Below, in pieces: positions 39,627 to 49,394 of a DNA stretch of 53,117 nt; the stretch's first letter is position 1, and each line of letters opens with the position of its first letter. A program made the position numbers and the translations under genes. Below the pieces are notes generated by a model. It was not told the DNA's origin and made no database searches. It saw only the letters and a list, made by a program, of their open reading frames with translations. This DNA comes from Lachnospiraceae bacterium (GTDB taxonomy: Bacteria > Bacillota > Clostridia > Lachnospirales > Lachnospiraceae): the NCBI GenBank assembly GCA_017453965.1, contig JAFTEI010000134.1, positions 1 to 53,117 on the forward strand, written 5' to 3'.

Positions 39627-40424
39627 TTATACCGGTCTGCCCAGGTTGTTTACCGTGGGCTCCAACGTGTCGTTTATCGTATTGATGATCCTCTGGTTGG
39701 CCTCGTACTGTCTGGTAACAGCTATCATCTCCACCATCTCGCTTACCGGGCTGACATTGGACTGCTCCAGATAGCCCGAATAAATACTTGCGCCGGAAGG
39801 AACCTCCACAGCTCCATCCACCGCTTCATACATATTTTCACCGTATTTTACGAGATAGTCATAATCCAGACCGGATGCATTGCGTTCGAAATCGGTGGTC
39901 CCAATCTGAGCCACCATATTTCCGCCCTGATAGATGTAGCCCTGGCGATCTATCGTTGTATCGCCAGCGTTCACGTCCAAATTGATATGATTCCCCGCAA
40001 CGTCGAGGACGTAATCTCCGTCCTTAGTTACCAGAGCCCCGTTGATATTCAACGTAAAGGCTCCGTCACGGGTATATTTGACCGATGTATTTCCTGCCTT
40101 ATCCGTAAACTCGATCTCAAAGAAACCGCTGTCGGACAGTGCAAGGTCAAAGGTATTTTCAGTCTCACGGAAAGCTCCCTCGGAAAAATCGTTGTAATTT
40201 TCTCCGATCTTGACTCCGGGGTTCATGGTTCCCATCCGCTGGGTGAGGTTGTAGACCGATTTGTCTTTGATCTTGTAAGCCAGCGCGTCCTTAAACGACT
40301 GGCTGGTCGCCCCCTCCTTTTTATATCCGGTAGTGTTTACATTGGCAAGGTTATTTGTCAATGTATCCATTCTGTGCTGTTCGTTGATCATTCCCGAATA
40401 TGCGGTGTAGAGACCTTTTACCAT
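39627..40424 (-). CDS. flgF: Flagellar hook-basal body rod protein (FlgF/FlgG family)
   Basis: GLYTAYSGM, NNLANVNTTGYKK, YTRDGAF, YLEQSNV, RQYEANQR. Confidence 0.88.
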   Translation of the reverse strand: MVKGLYTAYSGMINEQHRMDTLTNNLANVNTTGYKKEGATSQSFKDALAYKIKDKSVYNLTQRMGTMNPGVKIGENYNDFSEGAFRETENTFDLALSDSGFFEIEFTDKAGNTSVKYTRDGAFTLNINGALVTKDGDYVLDVAGNHINLDVNAGDTTIDRQGYIYQGGNMVAQIGTTDFERNASGLDYDYLVKYGENMYEAVDGAVEVPSGASIYSGYLEQSNVSPVSEMVEMIAVTRQYEANQRIINTINDTLEPTVNNLGRPV

Positions 40425-40464
40425 TTTCTTATCCTCTTTTTAATTTGTTTATCGTCCGATACCT

Positions 40465-41460
40465 TTACGTATCGTCCCTGTAGCCCGCGATAAACTCCAC
40501 ATACTTTCCGGTACCGACCGCTACCGCTGTCATCGGGTCCTCGGCAGTCATGGTATTTATTCCCGTTTTATCGGCTATGAGATCCTCGAGACCTCTCAAG
40601 AGACTTCCGCCTCCGGTCAGGACTATTCCCCTGTCGGCTATATCCGCCGCAAGCTCGGGCGGCGTCTTCTCCAGTACGCTGTGTATCGCGTCCACTATCT
40701 GGGAGGTCGTCTCTCTGAGAGCCTCCTCCATCTCTGTGCTGGTAGCTCTTATAGTCTTGGGAAGACCTGTCACAAGGTCCCTTCCTTTTATATCCATGGA
40801 ATCGGCTTCCGTTCTCTTAAAGCACGAACCGATCTTTATCTTCAGATCCTCAGCGGAACGCTCACCAATAAGGAGCTTATGCTTTTTTCTCATGTAACGG
40901 ACGATAGCCTCGTCAAAGTTATCTCCCGCTATCTTTATCGACGTAGAAACGACCGTGCTGCCAAGAGATATTACAGCTATATCGGAGGTTCCTCCGCCTA
41001 TATCTACCACCATGTTTCCACAGGGCTTTGCTATGTCTATTCCGGCTCCGATGGCTGCCGCTATCGGCTCCTCGATTATGGCGACCTCACGGGCTCCGGC
41101 CTGATAAGCTGCGTCTTCTACCGCCTTCTGCTCAACCTCTGTAACTCCGCTGGGAACTCCGACGCAGATACGGGGTTTTCTGAAGGTTCTCCTTCCCACC
41201 GCCTTCTGCATGAAATATTTCAGCATCTTCTCAGTTACCGTGTAATTGGAAATAACTCCCTGTCTCAACGGACGGACGGCCACGATATTTCCGGGCGTAC
41301 GTCCAAGCATGAGCCTTGCGTTCTCGCCTATCGCTTTGATTTTATTTGTATCTCTGTCAAATGCTACAACAGAGGGTTCCTTCAAAACTACTCCCTTGTC
41401 TTTTATATATACAAGGATGCTCGCCGTCCCTAAATCAATTCCTATATCTGTAGCGACCAT
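40465..41460 (-). CDS. mbl: Rod shape-determining protein, MreB/Mbl
   Basis: DIGIDLGTA, DIGGGT, AGDNFD, LTGGGSLL; position upstream of flgF-flgG favours Mbl. Confidence 0.92.
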   Translation of the reverse strand: MVATDIGIDLGTASILVYIKDKGVVLKEPSVVAFDRDTNKIKAIGENARLMLGRTPGNIVAVRPLRQGVISNYTVTEKMLKYFMQKAVGRRTFRKPRICVGVPSGVTEVEQKAVEDAAYQAGAREVAIIEEPIAAAIGAGIDIAKPCGNMVVDIGGGTSDIAVISLGSTVVSTSIKIAGDNFDEAIVRYMRKKHKLLIGERSAEDLKIKIGSCFKRTEADSMDIKGRDLVTGLPKTIRATSTEMEEALRETTSQIVDAIHSVLEKTPPELAADIADRGIVLTGGGSLLRGLEDLIADKTGINTMTAEDPMTAVAVGTGKYVEFIAGYRDDT

Positions 41461-41481
41461 TTTAATCTCCTCTCAAAAAAC

Positions 41482-41688
41482 GCTAACTGTCCAGAACCCT
41501 TCGGGTTCCGAACAGTTACGGAAGCCCGCAATTAAGATTTGCTTCGCAAATGGGCGGGCTTCCTGCCGAATTCGCCCTTTGGTACGCCCTCAGCAGCAAG
41601 TGCAAAACATGCCAGTGGCATGTTTTGAATGCCGTTTAGATGCGCTGAGCGCATCTGGCATCGTTTTCGGGCTGTTCCGAATAGTTGC
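41482..41688. repeat. Array of REP-like hairpins in the mbl leader
   Basis: taactgt..gaaccc-ttcg-ggttc..acagtta; ggaagcccgc...gcgggcttcc; caaaacatgcca-g-tggcatgttttg; agatgcgc-tga-gcgcatct; closing gttccgaatagttgc. Confidence 0.75.
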
Positions 41689-41704
41689 AAAAACGTCATT
41701 AATC

Positions 41705-41732
41705 ATTATAACTTAAAATGGTCGTTTTACAA
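41705..41732 (-). promoter_or_regulatory. Putative sigma-A promoter of the mbl operon
   Basis: TTGTAA-16bp-TATAAT. Confidence 0.5.
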
Positions 41733-41744
41733 TGAATTTTTTGT

Positions 41745-41823
41745 AAAAAAAGGACACGGACATCTCAGGTGCACTGACTCATTCATAGCAGAACGAAAAA
41801 ATACACCGACGGCATCCGTGCCC
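41745..41823 (-). terminator. Long stem followed by U7 downstream of uvrA
   Basis: gggcacggatg...tgtccgtgtcc-TTTTTTT on the minus strand. Confidence 0.55.
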
Positions 41824-41898
41824 GAATCCACTCCTGATATACTAATCGGACAGTGGCTTTAAAAAATTAAGAGTAAAACGAAAATTTTTTTCAGATTG

Positions 41899-44736
41899 TC
41901 ATTCCTTTTCCAACATTTTTTTAATGAAGGGAGCCGTATGGGATTTTTTATCCTTTGCCAGCTTCTCGGGAGTCCCGGTTGCGACAACTGTTCCTCCTCC
42001 GTCTCCCCCCTCGGGACCCATATCTATGATATAGTCCGCGCATTTTATAACGTCCAGGTTATGCTCTATGACGACCACGGTGTTTCCGCTGTCGGACAGG
42101 CGTCTCAATATCCTTACCAGCTTTTCAACATCGTCGAAATGCAGGCCCGTAGTGGGCTCGTCGAGAATATAGATGGTCTTGCCCGTTCCGCGCTTGGACA
42201 GCTCGGTGGCCAGCTTTATCCTCTGGGCCTCTCCGCCGGAAAGCTCAGTGGAGGGCTGCCCCAGCTTGATATAGGAAAGGCCTACGTCATAAAGGGTCTG
42301 CAGCTTCCGCCGCACGCTCTCGATATTTTCGAAGAAGCCCAGCGCCTCCTCGACCGACATATCCAGCACTTCAAATATGTTTTTGCCTTTATATTTTATG
42401 TCCAGCGTCTCCCTGTTGTACCTGTGTCCGTGGCAGACCTCGCAGGGAACGTAGACATCCGGCAGGAAATTCATCTCTATTTTGATTATCCCGTCTCCGC
42501 CGCAGGCCTCGCAGCGACCTCCCTTGACGTTGAAGGAAAATCTTCCCTTGCTGTAGCCCCTGGCCTTGGCTTCCACCGTGGATGCAAAGAGATCCCTTAT
42601 CATATCGAACATTCCCGTATAGGTGGCGGGATTCGATCTGGGAGTACGGCCAATCGGCGACTGGTCGATGGCGATTACCTTATCCAGCTGCTCCAGTCCC
42701 TCTATACCGTCGTGGTCTCCGGGTATCGTGAGCGCACGGTTCAGGATATGCGCCGTGCTCTTATAGAGGATCTCATTTATGAGTGAGGATTTTCCCGAGC
42801 CTGAAACTCCCGTAACCAGAGTCATTATTCCCAATGGTATCTTTACGTCTATATTTTTAAGGTTATTTTCCCTGGCCCCCTTTATCCTGATCCAGCCCGT
42901 AGGCTTTCTACGTTTCTCCGGGAGCTCGATTCTTTTCTTTCCGCTCAGATACTGGCCGGTTATGGACTCCTCGCAGGCTATCACGTCCTCCACCGTACCG
43001 GCCGCGACCACCTCTCCGCCGTGCATACCCGCCCCGGGGCCTATGTCCACGAGGTAGTCCGCTTCTCGCATGGTATCCTCGTCGTGCTCGACCACTACCA
43101 ATGTATTGCCCAGGTCTCTCAGCGCCTTCAGCGCATCTATAAGCTTGGAATTGTCTCTTTGATGCAGGCCAATCGAGGGCTCATCCAGGATATAGGCCAC
43201 TCCCACGAGGCCTGAGCCTATCTGGGTCGCCAGCCTTATTCTCTGCGCCTCTCCTCCCGAAAGCGAGGCCGTCCCCCTTGACAGCGTCAGGTAATCCAGC
43301 CCCACATCTATCATGAATTTTACACGAGCCCGGATCTCCTTAAGGATTCTTGCCCCTATCATTTTCTGGTACTCGGTCAGCTCCAGCTTTTCGATAAAGT
43401 CCATGAGCGCCGTCACCGAATAAGAGGTCACCTCATGGATGTTTTTATCTCCCAGGGTCACCGCCAGCGAGGAGGCCTTCAGCCTCTGCCCGTGACACAC
43501 AGGACAGGGAGTTATCCTCATGTATTTTTCATATTCCGCCTTCTGCGAATCGCTGAAGGTCTCCCTGTAGCGCTGCTCCATATTTTTGATAAGTCCGGGA
43601 AAGGCTTCGTCGTAAACTCCTGCGGAATACCTTCCCTTATACGGCACCTTGACTATCACTCCGTTGGTCCCGTTGATGAACATATCCTTCACCTTTGCAG
43701 GAAGCTTCTCATAAGGCGTGTCCAGCGAGAATTTATATTTTTCCGCCAGAGCCTTTAACAGCGCGTGGGTGAAGCTGCCCTCCTTATTGGAAGACTGCCA
43801 GCCCGTGACCTGGACGCAGCCCTCATTGAAGGACAGGCTTTTATCCGGTATCATGAGCTCCTCGTCGAATTCCATGCTGTATCCCAGACCGGTACATGCT
43901 GGACAGGCTCCGAAGGGGTTGTTGAAGGAGAAGCTCCTTGGTTCTATTTCTTCTATATTTATACCGCAGTCAGGACAGGAGAAGCTCTCGGAAAAATTGA
44001 GGGGTTCGCCGTCCACAACGTCGACTGTAAGCAGTCCCTCCGAAAGCTTGAGCACGCTCTCTATGGAATCCGCAAGCCTGCGCTCGATACCCTCCTTGAC
44101 CACGAGACGATCCACCACGATATCTATATTGTGCTTGATATTCTTATCCAGCTTGATATCCTCGGACAGCTCATACATATTGCCGTCGACCCGTACTCTC
44201 ACGTAGCCGCTCTTGCGGGCCCTTTCGAATATTTTGGCATGTTCTCCCTTCCTGCCCCGGACCACAGGCGCCTCCAGCATTATCTTCGTCTTCTCTGGCA
44301 GCTTCATTATACGGTCGACCATCTGGTCTACATTCTGCTTCTCAATGACCCTGCCGCAATTCGGACAGTGCGGGGTCCCCACTCTTGCGTAAAGCAGGCG
44401 GAAGTAGTCATATATCTCCGTGACCGTTCCCACCGTCGAACGGGGATTTCTGTTTGTAGATTTCTGGTCTATGGATATGGCCGGGGGAAGGCCCTCTATT
44501 GAATCCACCTCCGGTTTTTCCATCTGTCCCAAAAACTGACGCGCGTAAGAGGAGAGGGATTCCATATATCTCCTCTGGCCCTCCGCATAAATAGTATCAA
44601 AGGCAAGTGAGGACTTTCCGGAACCGGAAAGCCCTGTCAGCACTACAAATTCATTTCTCGGTATGTCTATCGAGAGGTCCTTCAGGTTATGAACCTTGGC
44701 CCCTCTTATCTTGATAAACTTCTTTGCGTCTTTCAA
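41899..44736 (-). CDS. uvrA: Excinuclease ABC subunit A
   Basis: Two ABC ATPase modules ([27 protein letters not shown] x2), zinc fingers; TTG start. Confidence 0.98.
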   Translation of the reverse strand: MKDAKKFIKIRGAKVHNLKDLSIDIPRNEFVVLTGLSGSGKSSLAFDTIYAEGQRRYMESLSSYARQFLGQMEKPEVDSIEGLPPAISIDQKSTNRNPRSTVGTVTEIYDYFRLLYARVGTPHCPNCGRVIEKQNVDQMVDRIMKLPEKTKIMLEAPVVRGRKGEHAKIFERARKSGYVRVRVDGNMYELSEDIKLDKNIKHNIDIVVDRLVVKEGIERRLADSIESVLKLSEGLLTVDVVDGEPLNFSESFSCPDCGINIEEIEPRSFSFNNPFGACPACTGLGYSMEFDEELMIPDKSLSFNEGCVQVTGWQSSNKEGSFTHALLKALAEKYKFSLDTPYEKLPAKVKDMFINGTNGVIVKVPYKGRYSAGVYDEAFPGLIKNMEQRYRETFSDSQKAEYEKYMRITPCPVCHGQRLKASSLAVTLGDKNIHEVTSYSVTALMDFIEKLELTEYQKMIGARILKEIRARVKFMIDVGLDYLTLSRGTASLSGGEAQRIRLATQIGSGLVGVAYILDEPSIGLHQRDNSKLIDALKALRDLGNTLVVVEHDEDTMREADYLVDIGPGAGMHGGEVVAAGTVEDVIACEESITGQYLSGKKRIELPEKRRKPTGWIRIKGARENNLKNIDVKIPLGIMTLVTGVSGSGKSSLINEILYKSTAHILNRALTIPGDHDGIEGLEQLDKVIAIDQSPIGRTPRSNPATYTGMFDMIRDLFASTVEAKARGYSKGRFSFNVKGGRCEACGGDGIIKIEMNFLPDVYVPCEVCHGHRYNRETLDIKYKGKNIFEVLDMSVEEALGFFENIESVRRKLQTLYDVGLSYIKLGQPSTELSGGEAQRIKLATELSKRGTGKTIYILDEPTTGLHFDDVEKLVRILRRLSDSGNTVVVIEHNLDVIKCADYIIDMGPEGGDGGGTVVATGTPEKLAKDKKSHTAPFIKKMLEKE

Positions 44737-44749
44737 ATCATATCTCCAT

Positions 44750-44804
44750 TATTAAAGGGAGTTTTATCCCCAGCAACATCTGACTTGTAGCTCATAGCTG
44801 CTCC
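44750..44804 (-). repeat. 55-bp junction element, copy 4 (mini-ORF 44733-44795, [20 protein letters not shown])
   Basis: 48/55 identical to copy 1, no indels. Confidence 0.93.
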
Positions 44805-44810
44805 ATTCCA

Positions 44811-45587
44811 TTATTTTGAGCTTTTCTGAAGGATCTCGTGTACGGCTGCATCCGTTCTGGAGCTCGTCCAGCGGGTTACCGTTATCCCGCCGCGCTTCGT
44901 AGCTCTGGACATAAGGTTTTTAACCTGCTGAAGGTATTGCATGGTGACCTTGCCGGAAAGCTTTGACTCCCCGCTGGTCCTGTCCTGGAACCCATAGGGT
45001 ATCTCCACCACAGTGGAATAATTCGACATTGCCAGGACCTCTATCATGATCTTCCAGCCCACGGGTCTTAGATCCGCGCCGTCAATGACCTCTTTCCTGA
45101 ACATGAACAGACCGCTGGTGGGGTCCGATATCTTCCTTAAGCAGGGAAGCAGTACCTTTCCGATCCATCTGGCAACCCATGAAACAAACTTCCTGTATGG
45201 GTCCAGACCGCCGTCGCTTCCTCCCGGAATAAAACGGCTGGGAATGCAAAAATCGAAGCCAGACATCACCGCCGCATACATCGATCTCAAAATTTCGGGC
45301 GGATGCTGAAGATCCGCGTCCATACATGCAAGTATCTCTCCGTCCGCAACCTGGAAGCCTCTTATGACGGCTGTCGCCAGTCCTGTCTCCCCTACCCTGT
45401 GTTCATACCTTATCCGGGTATCCTTCATTGACAGAGCCTCCAGCACCTCGGGCGTATTGTCCGTGCTGTCGTCTATGAAAATTATTTCATAATTCACATC
45501 GTAAAGTGCTTTGTTGACCCTTTCAGCCAGCTTTTCCACGTTTCCTGCTTCATTGAACGTAGGTACTACTATTGAGAGTTTTTCCAT
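44811..45587 (-). CDS. Polyprenol-phosphate glycosyltransferase (DPM1/Ppm1-like GT2)
   Basis: VVPTFNEAGN, IDDSTD, GLATAV, MDADLQHPP, SRFIPGG, DPTSG, GESKL. Confidence 0.9.
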   Translation of the reverse strand: MEKLSIVVPTFNEAGNVEKLAERVNKALYDVNYEIIFIDDSTDNTPEVLEALSMKDTRIRYEHRVGETGLATAVIRGFQVADGEILACMDADLQHPPEILRSMYAAVMSGFDFCIPSRFIPGGSDGGLDPYRKFVSWVARWIGKVLLPCLRKISDPTSGLFMFRKEVIDGADLRPVGWKIMIEVLAMSNYSTVVEIPYGFQDRTSGESKLSGKVTMQYLQQVKNLMSRATKRGGITVTRWTSSRTDAAVHEILQKSSK

Positions 45588-45687
45588 TATCCTGATCCTC
45601 TGTTTCCTTCTGGGCCGATTCCTTCCGAATCCAGGCCTGTATTGTTACTATTTTTTCAATATATCGGTTTTCGCGTGTCGGCTTCAT

Positions 45688-45716
45688 ATTATATGGTAAA
45701 TTTTAAAGACTTTCAA
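45688..45716 (-). promoter_or_regulatory. Putative sigma-A promoter of the GT2-uvrA unit
   Basis: TTGAAA-17bp-TATAAT immediately after the uvrB stop. Confidence 0.7.
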
Positions 45717-45718
45717 GC

Positions 45719-47710
45719 CTATATCCTTCCACGCAGTTCATTAAGATTTTTACGCAGCTCGGCGATCTTGTCCCTGTAAACGGCCGCATTTTCGAAGTCC
45801 AGCTCCGCAGCGGCCTTTTTCATCTGCTTCTCCAGCTTTCCTATGAGCTTCTCCAGCTCTGAAGCGCTCATGGACTCAGGGTCCTTTTCAAACCTGAGCT
45901 CGGTCTCCGCAATTTCCTTCCCTATGCTTATCGCATCCCTGACCGCCTTCTGTATAGTTTTGGGCGTGATTCCGTGCTCTTCATTATACGCAGACTGGAT
46001 TTCCCGCCTTCTCTTTGTCTCATCTATACATATCTTCATGGACTCGGTCATGGTATCCGCATACATGACCACCCGCCCCTCTGAATTTCTTGCCGCCCTT
46101 CCGACGGTCTGGATAAGAGAGGTCGCCGAACGCAGGAAGCCCTCCTTATCCGCGTCCAGAATGGCTACGAGCGATATTTCCGGGATGTCCAGCCCCTCCC
46201 TCAAGAGGTTTATTCCCACCAGCACATCAAAGGCGTCTAGCCTCATATCCCTTATTATCTGGCTGCGCTCCAGGGTATCTATATCAGAGTGCAGGTATTT
46301 TACCCTTATTCCTACGCCTTTGAGATAGTCGTTTAAATCCTCGGCCATCTTCTTGGTAAGGGTCGTCACCAGCACCTTGCCCTTGTGCTCCAGCTCTTTA
46401 TTTATCTGCCCCACCAGGTCGTCGACCTGTCCCTCCACGGGACGCACGTCTATATCGGGGTCCAGCAGCCCCGTCGGCCTTATCAGCTGCTCCGCCCTCA
46501 GCAGCTCGTGTTCCTCCTCATACGCCGCGGGGGTCGCGGACACAAACATTATCTGGTTTATCTTCTGCTCAAATTCGTTGAAGGAAAGCGGCCTGTTATC
46601 CTTTGCCGAGGGAAGACGGAAGCCGTAATCTACCAGAGTCGTCTTTCTGGACTGGTCTCCGTTGTACATCCCGCCTATCTGGGGGATCGTCATATGCGAC
46701 TCATCCACGATGATCAGATAGTCGCCCTTGAAGAAGTCCATGAGAGTCATGGGCGGAGTCCCCGGCGCCCTGCCCGAGAGGGGGCGCGAGTAGTTTTCTA
46801 TGCCGTTGCAAAAACCTGTCTCCCTCATCATCTCTATATCAAAATTCGTGCGCTCCGATATCCTCTGCGCCTCTATGAGCCTGTCTTCAGATTTAAAGAA
46901 TTTTACCCTCTCGTCCAGCTCCTGTTTGATTTCGACGATCGCCCGCTCCATTTTTTCTCTCGGAACAACGTAGTGCGAGGCGGGAAAGACTGACAGATGC
47001 TTTAATTCCGTCAAAACCTCTCCCGTAAGAGGGTCAAAGGTCAGTATCCGGTCGATCTCGTCGCCGAAGAATTCCAGTCTCACCGCATGGGAATCGTCCT
47101 CGGCCGGAAACAGGTCCAGCACATCCCCATGAACTCTGAAGGTTCCGCGCTTGAAGTCGATATCGTTTCTTTCATATTGGATATTTACGAGCTCATGAAT
47201 TACCTCGTCCCTGTCCTTCTCCTGTCCAGGGCGCAGCGAGACGATCATGCTCATATAGTCGTCAGGCGAGCCCAGACCGTATATACAGGAAACTGAGGCC
47301 ACGACTACCACGTCTCTGCGCTCCGACAGCGCGGCGGTGGCGGAAAGCCTGAGCTTGTCTATCTCGTCATTGACAGAAGAATCCTTTTCAATATACGTGT
47401 CTGTCGAGGGCACATAGGCCTCCGGTTGGTAGTAGTCATAGTAGGACACAAAGTATTCGACAGCGTTTTCGGGGAAGAATTCCCGGAATTCTCCGTATAA
47501 TTGTCCGGCCAGGGTTTTATTGTGCGCTATCACCAGCGTCGGCATATTCAGGGCCGCTATGACATTCGCCATCGTGAAGGTCTTTCCCGAGCCCGTAACG
47601 CCCAAAAGGGTCTGGCACTGATTTCCCTCCTTAAAGCCCTTAACAAGCTTTTCTATTGCTTGGGGCTGATCGCCGGTAGGCTTATAATCTGAGTGTAATT
47701 TAAAATCCAT
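45719..47710 (-). CDS. uvrB: Excinuclease ABC subunit B
   Basis: [38 protein letters not shown]-terminal UVR domain. Confidence 0.98.
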   Translation of the reverse strand: MDFKLHSDYKPTGDQPQAIEKLVKGFKEGNQCQTLLGVTGSGKTFTMANVIAALNMPTLVIAHNKTLAGQLYGEFREFFPENAVEYFVSYYDYYQPEAYVPSTDTYIEKDSSVNDEIDKLRLSATAALSERRDVVVVASVSCIYGLGSPDDYMSMIVSLRPGQEKDRDEVIHELVNIQYERNDIDFKRGTFRVHGDVLDLFPAEDDSHAVRLEFFGDEIDRILTFDPLTGEVLTELKHLSVFPASHYVVPREKMERAIVEIKQELDERVKFFKSEDRLIEAQRISERTNFDIEMMRETGFCNGIENYSRPLSGRAPGTPPMTLMDFFKGDYLIIVDESHMTIPQIGGMYNGDQSRKTTLVDYGFRLPSAKDNRPLSFNEFEQKINQIMFVSATPAAYEEEHELLRAEQLIRPTGLLDPDIDVRPVEGQVDDLVGQINKELEHKGKVLVTTLTKKMAEDLNDYLKGVGIRVKYLHSDIDTLERSQIIRDMRLDAFDVLVGINLLREGLDIPEISLVAILDADKEGFLRSATSLIQTVGRAARNSEGRVVMYADTMTESMKICIDETKRRREIQSAYNEEHGITPKTIQKAVRDAISIGKEIAETELRFEKDPESMSASELEKLIGKLEKQMKKAAAELDFENAAVYRDKIAELRKNLNELRGRI

Positions 47711-47721
47711 ATATCCTCACC

Positions 47722-48585
47722 TCACTCGCGTATTGACAGAAACGCACACATTCCTCCGCGCTTTCCCTTGCTGGCACGGTGCGAATGCAGCCATAGCGCG
47801 TTGCAGGCCGTACATAGATCGGGCCGTGAAATATTCTCCGGAAGTATCCCGCTGCCCACCATATTTTCGAAATTGGCCTGAGTCAGGTCCAGCAGATATT
47901 TGTCCGCCCTCCCCTCCTCCGGCAAAAGAATAGCTTCCAGCGCCTCCTCTGGATATGCCTTGCGGAACTCCTCCGCCACATCCTCGCCTATCTCATAGCA
48001 TTTTGCTTCGATGGAGGGCCCTATGCACGCGATAATATCGGCGGGCTCTGTTCCGTACAGCTTATGCATTTTTTCAACGGTGTTGCGGCAGATATTCCCC
48101 GCCGTCCCGCGCCAGCCGGAATGGGAAAGGGCTATCGCGCGGTTTTTCGGATCGACAAAATACAGCGGCACACAGTCGGCATAGGAAGTCAGGAGGCAGA
48201 CTCCCGGCACATTCGTCATTATCCCGTCCACATCGCGGTAATCTCTTTCACGGACTACCCCCATGCCGCGGTGCCTGTCCCCGACCTCCATTACGTTTAC
48301 AGTATGCGTCTGGAAGGCCAGCACCATATCCTCTGTATCCACTCCGATGGCGCTCCCGATAATACGGTGGTTTTCCAGCACCCTTTCCGGATCGTCCCCC
48401 ACCGTATGCGCAAGATTCATCTGCTCATATATGCCTTCGCTCACTCCCCCAAGCCTCGTGGAAAAGGCGTTTATGAGCCAGGGCAGCCTGTCGGGCACCC
48501 TGTAGCTCACCCATACAACTCCATCCTTTTCGTGGAGGTCGGTAGTCTCCTCCCCCTCCCGTTTCACGACCTTAAGCTCAACCAC
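47722..48585 (-). CDS. pgeF: Peptidoglycan editing factor PgeF (laccase/purine nucleoside phosphorylase family)
   Basis: FSTRLGGVS, QTHT, ADCVPL, HSGWRGT, IGPSI, SHRAS; start uncertain (GTG at 48585 has an SD; ATG at 48615 is an alternative). Confidence 0.9.
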   Translation of the reverse strand: MVELKVVKREGEETTDLHEKDGVVWVSYRVPDRLPWLINAFSTRLGGVSEGIYEQMNLAHTVGDDPERVLENHRIIGSAIGVDTEDMVLAFQTHTVNVMEVGDRHRGMGVVRERDYRDVDGIMTNVPGVCLLTSYADCVPLYFVDPKNRAIALSHSGWRGTAGNICRNTVEKMHKLYGTEPADIIACIGPSIEAKCYEIGEDVAEEFRKAYPEEALEAILLPEEGRADKYLLDLTQANFENMVGSGILPENISRPDLCTACNALWLHSHRASKGKRGGMCAFLSIRE

Positions 48586-48695
48586 AATACACTCTCCCTT
48601 TCCATCGTACTCCATCCATGTTTCGCTGTATCTCTTCAGAATTGTAACACTACTATCACTATCCTGCACACCCCTTTAAATATACGGCAGTCAGC

Positions 48696-48735
48696 AAAAA
48701 AGCTCCAACCACTGAATACATCAATGTTTGAAGCT
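48696..48735 (-). terminator. Intrinsic terminator after the tRNA
   Basis: AGCTTCAAACATTGA-TGTAT-TCAGTGGTTGGAGCT-TTTTT. Confidence 0.65.
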
Positions 48736-48745
48736 AATTTTTAAA

Positions 48746-48833
48746 CGGAGAAGGAGGGATTTGAACCCTCGCGCCGGTCTCCCGACCTACACCCTTAGCA
48801 GGGGCGCCTCTTCAGCCTCTTGAGTACTTCTCC
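48746..48833 (-). tRNA. tRNA-Ser(GCT)
   Basis: GGAGAAG acceptor stem, anticodon arm CGCCC-CTGCTAA-GGGTG, long variable arm, GGTTCAAATCC T-loop; CCA not encoded. Confidence 0.97.
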
Positions 48834-48870
48834 CAATGCCTGAATAGCGTGTCATGCCAACAGCGTTGTT

Positions 48871-48900
48871 ATTATACATTTGCTCATGCGTATTTGTCAA
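48871..48900 (-). promoter_or_regulatory. Sigma-A promoter of tRNA-Ser
   Basis: TTGACA-18bp-TATAAT. Confidence 0.8.
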
Positions 48901-49066
48901 CTTTAATATGCGGCATATTGCTCAAACTGTAATTTTTGCTGAAATTCTGCTGCATTTCCTCAGGAGCTGTTCATAAATAACTTTTAAATCTGCTTGTCTT
49001 TTTCTCCGACAGTGCTGACCATCCCCTTAATGAGAATTTTTTAACGCATAACCCTCCACGCTTCAC

Positions 49067-49095
49067 TTGAAAATACATATATTATGTATTAGAAT
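49067..49095 (+). promoter_or_regulatory. Ferredoxin promoter with a palindromic spacer
   Basis: TTGAAA-17bp-TAGAAT; the spacer and its flanking bases form AATACATA-TAT-TATGTATT. Confidence 0.65.
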
Positions 49096-49140
49096 AATCA
49101 GAACAATTATTTATTTCAATTGGTAAGGAGGAATTTGAAA

Positions 49141-49311
49141 ATGGCTCATGTAATTTCTGACGAGTGTGTTAGCTGTGGTGCTTGTGCATCAACTTGTCCC
49201 GTAAACGCTATAAGCGAAGGCGATGGCAAGTTCGAGGTTGACGCTGCTACATGTATCGATTGTGGTGCTTGCGAGGGTGCTTGCCCTACAGGTGCTATCA
49301 AGGCTGAATGA
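49141..49311 (+). CDS. fdx: 2[4Fe-4S] clostridial-type ferredoxin
   Basis: Two CxxCxxCxxxCP motifs; ATG at 49141 after AAGGAGG. Confidence 0.96.
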   Translation: MAHVISDECVSCGACASTCPVNAISEGDGKFEVDAATCIDCGACEGACPTGAIKAE

Positions 49312-49334
49312 TCAATATCAAAAACAGCGAAATG

Positions 49335-49370
49335 AAAGCGGAGTCTTGGCTGGACTCCGCTTTTTCTTTT
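49335..49370 (+). terminator. Intrinsic (probably bidirectional) terminator
   Basis: aaagcggagtc-ttggctg-gactccgcttt-ttctttt between convergent genes. Confidence 0.85.
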
Positions 49371-49394
49371 GCTCATAATATTAATGCCGCGACT

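Noticed and set aside
41896-44502. Several long plus-strand ORFs opposite uvrA
   Set aside because: Typical antisense shadows of a conserved gene.
4455-44804. 55-bp repeats as a CRISPR array or invertase (phase-variation) sites
   Set aside because: Copies are 5-19 kb apart, all in direct orientation, with no spacers, cas genes or recombinase in the window.
44737-48700. LexA/SOS box upstream of uvrB or uvrA
   Set aside because: No GAAC-N4-GTTC match was noticed in the intergenic segments.
48690-48833. tRNA-Ser as an integration site of a genomic island
   Set aside because: No duplicated tRNA 3' end and no integrase seen; flanking genes are housekeeping.
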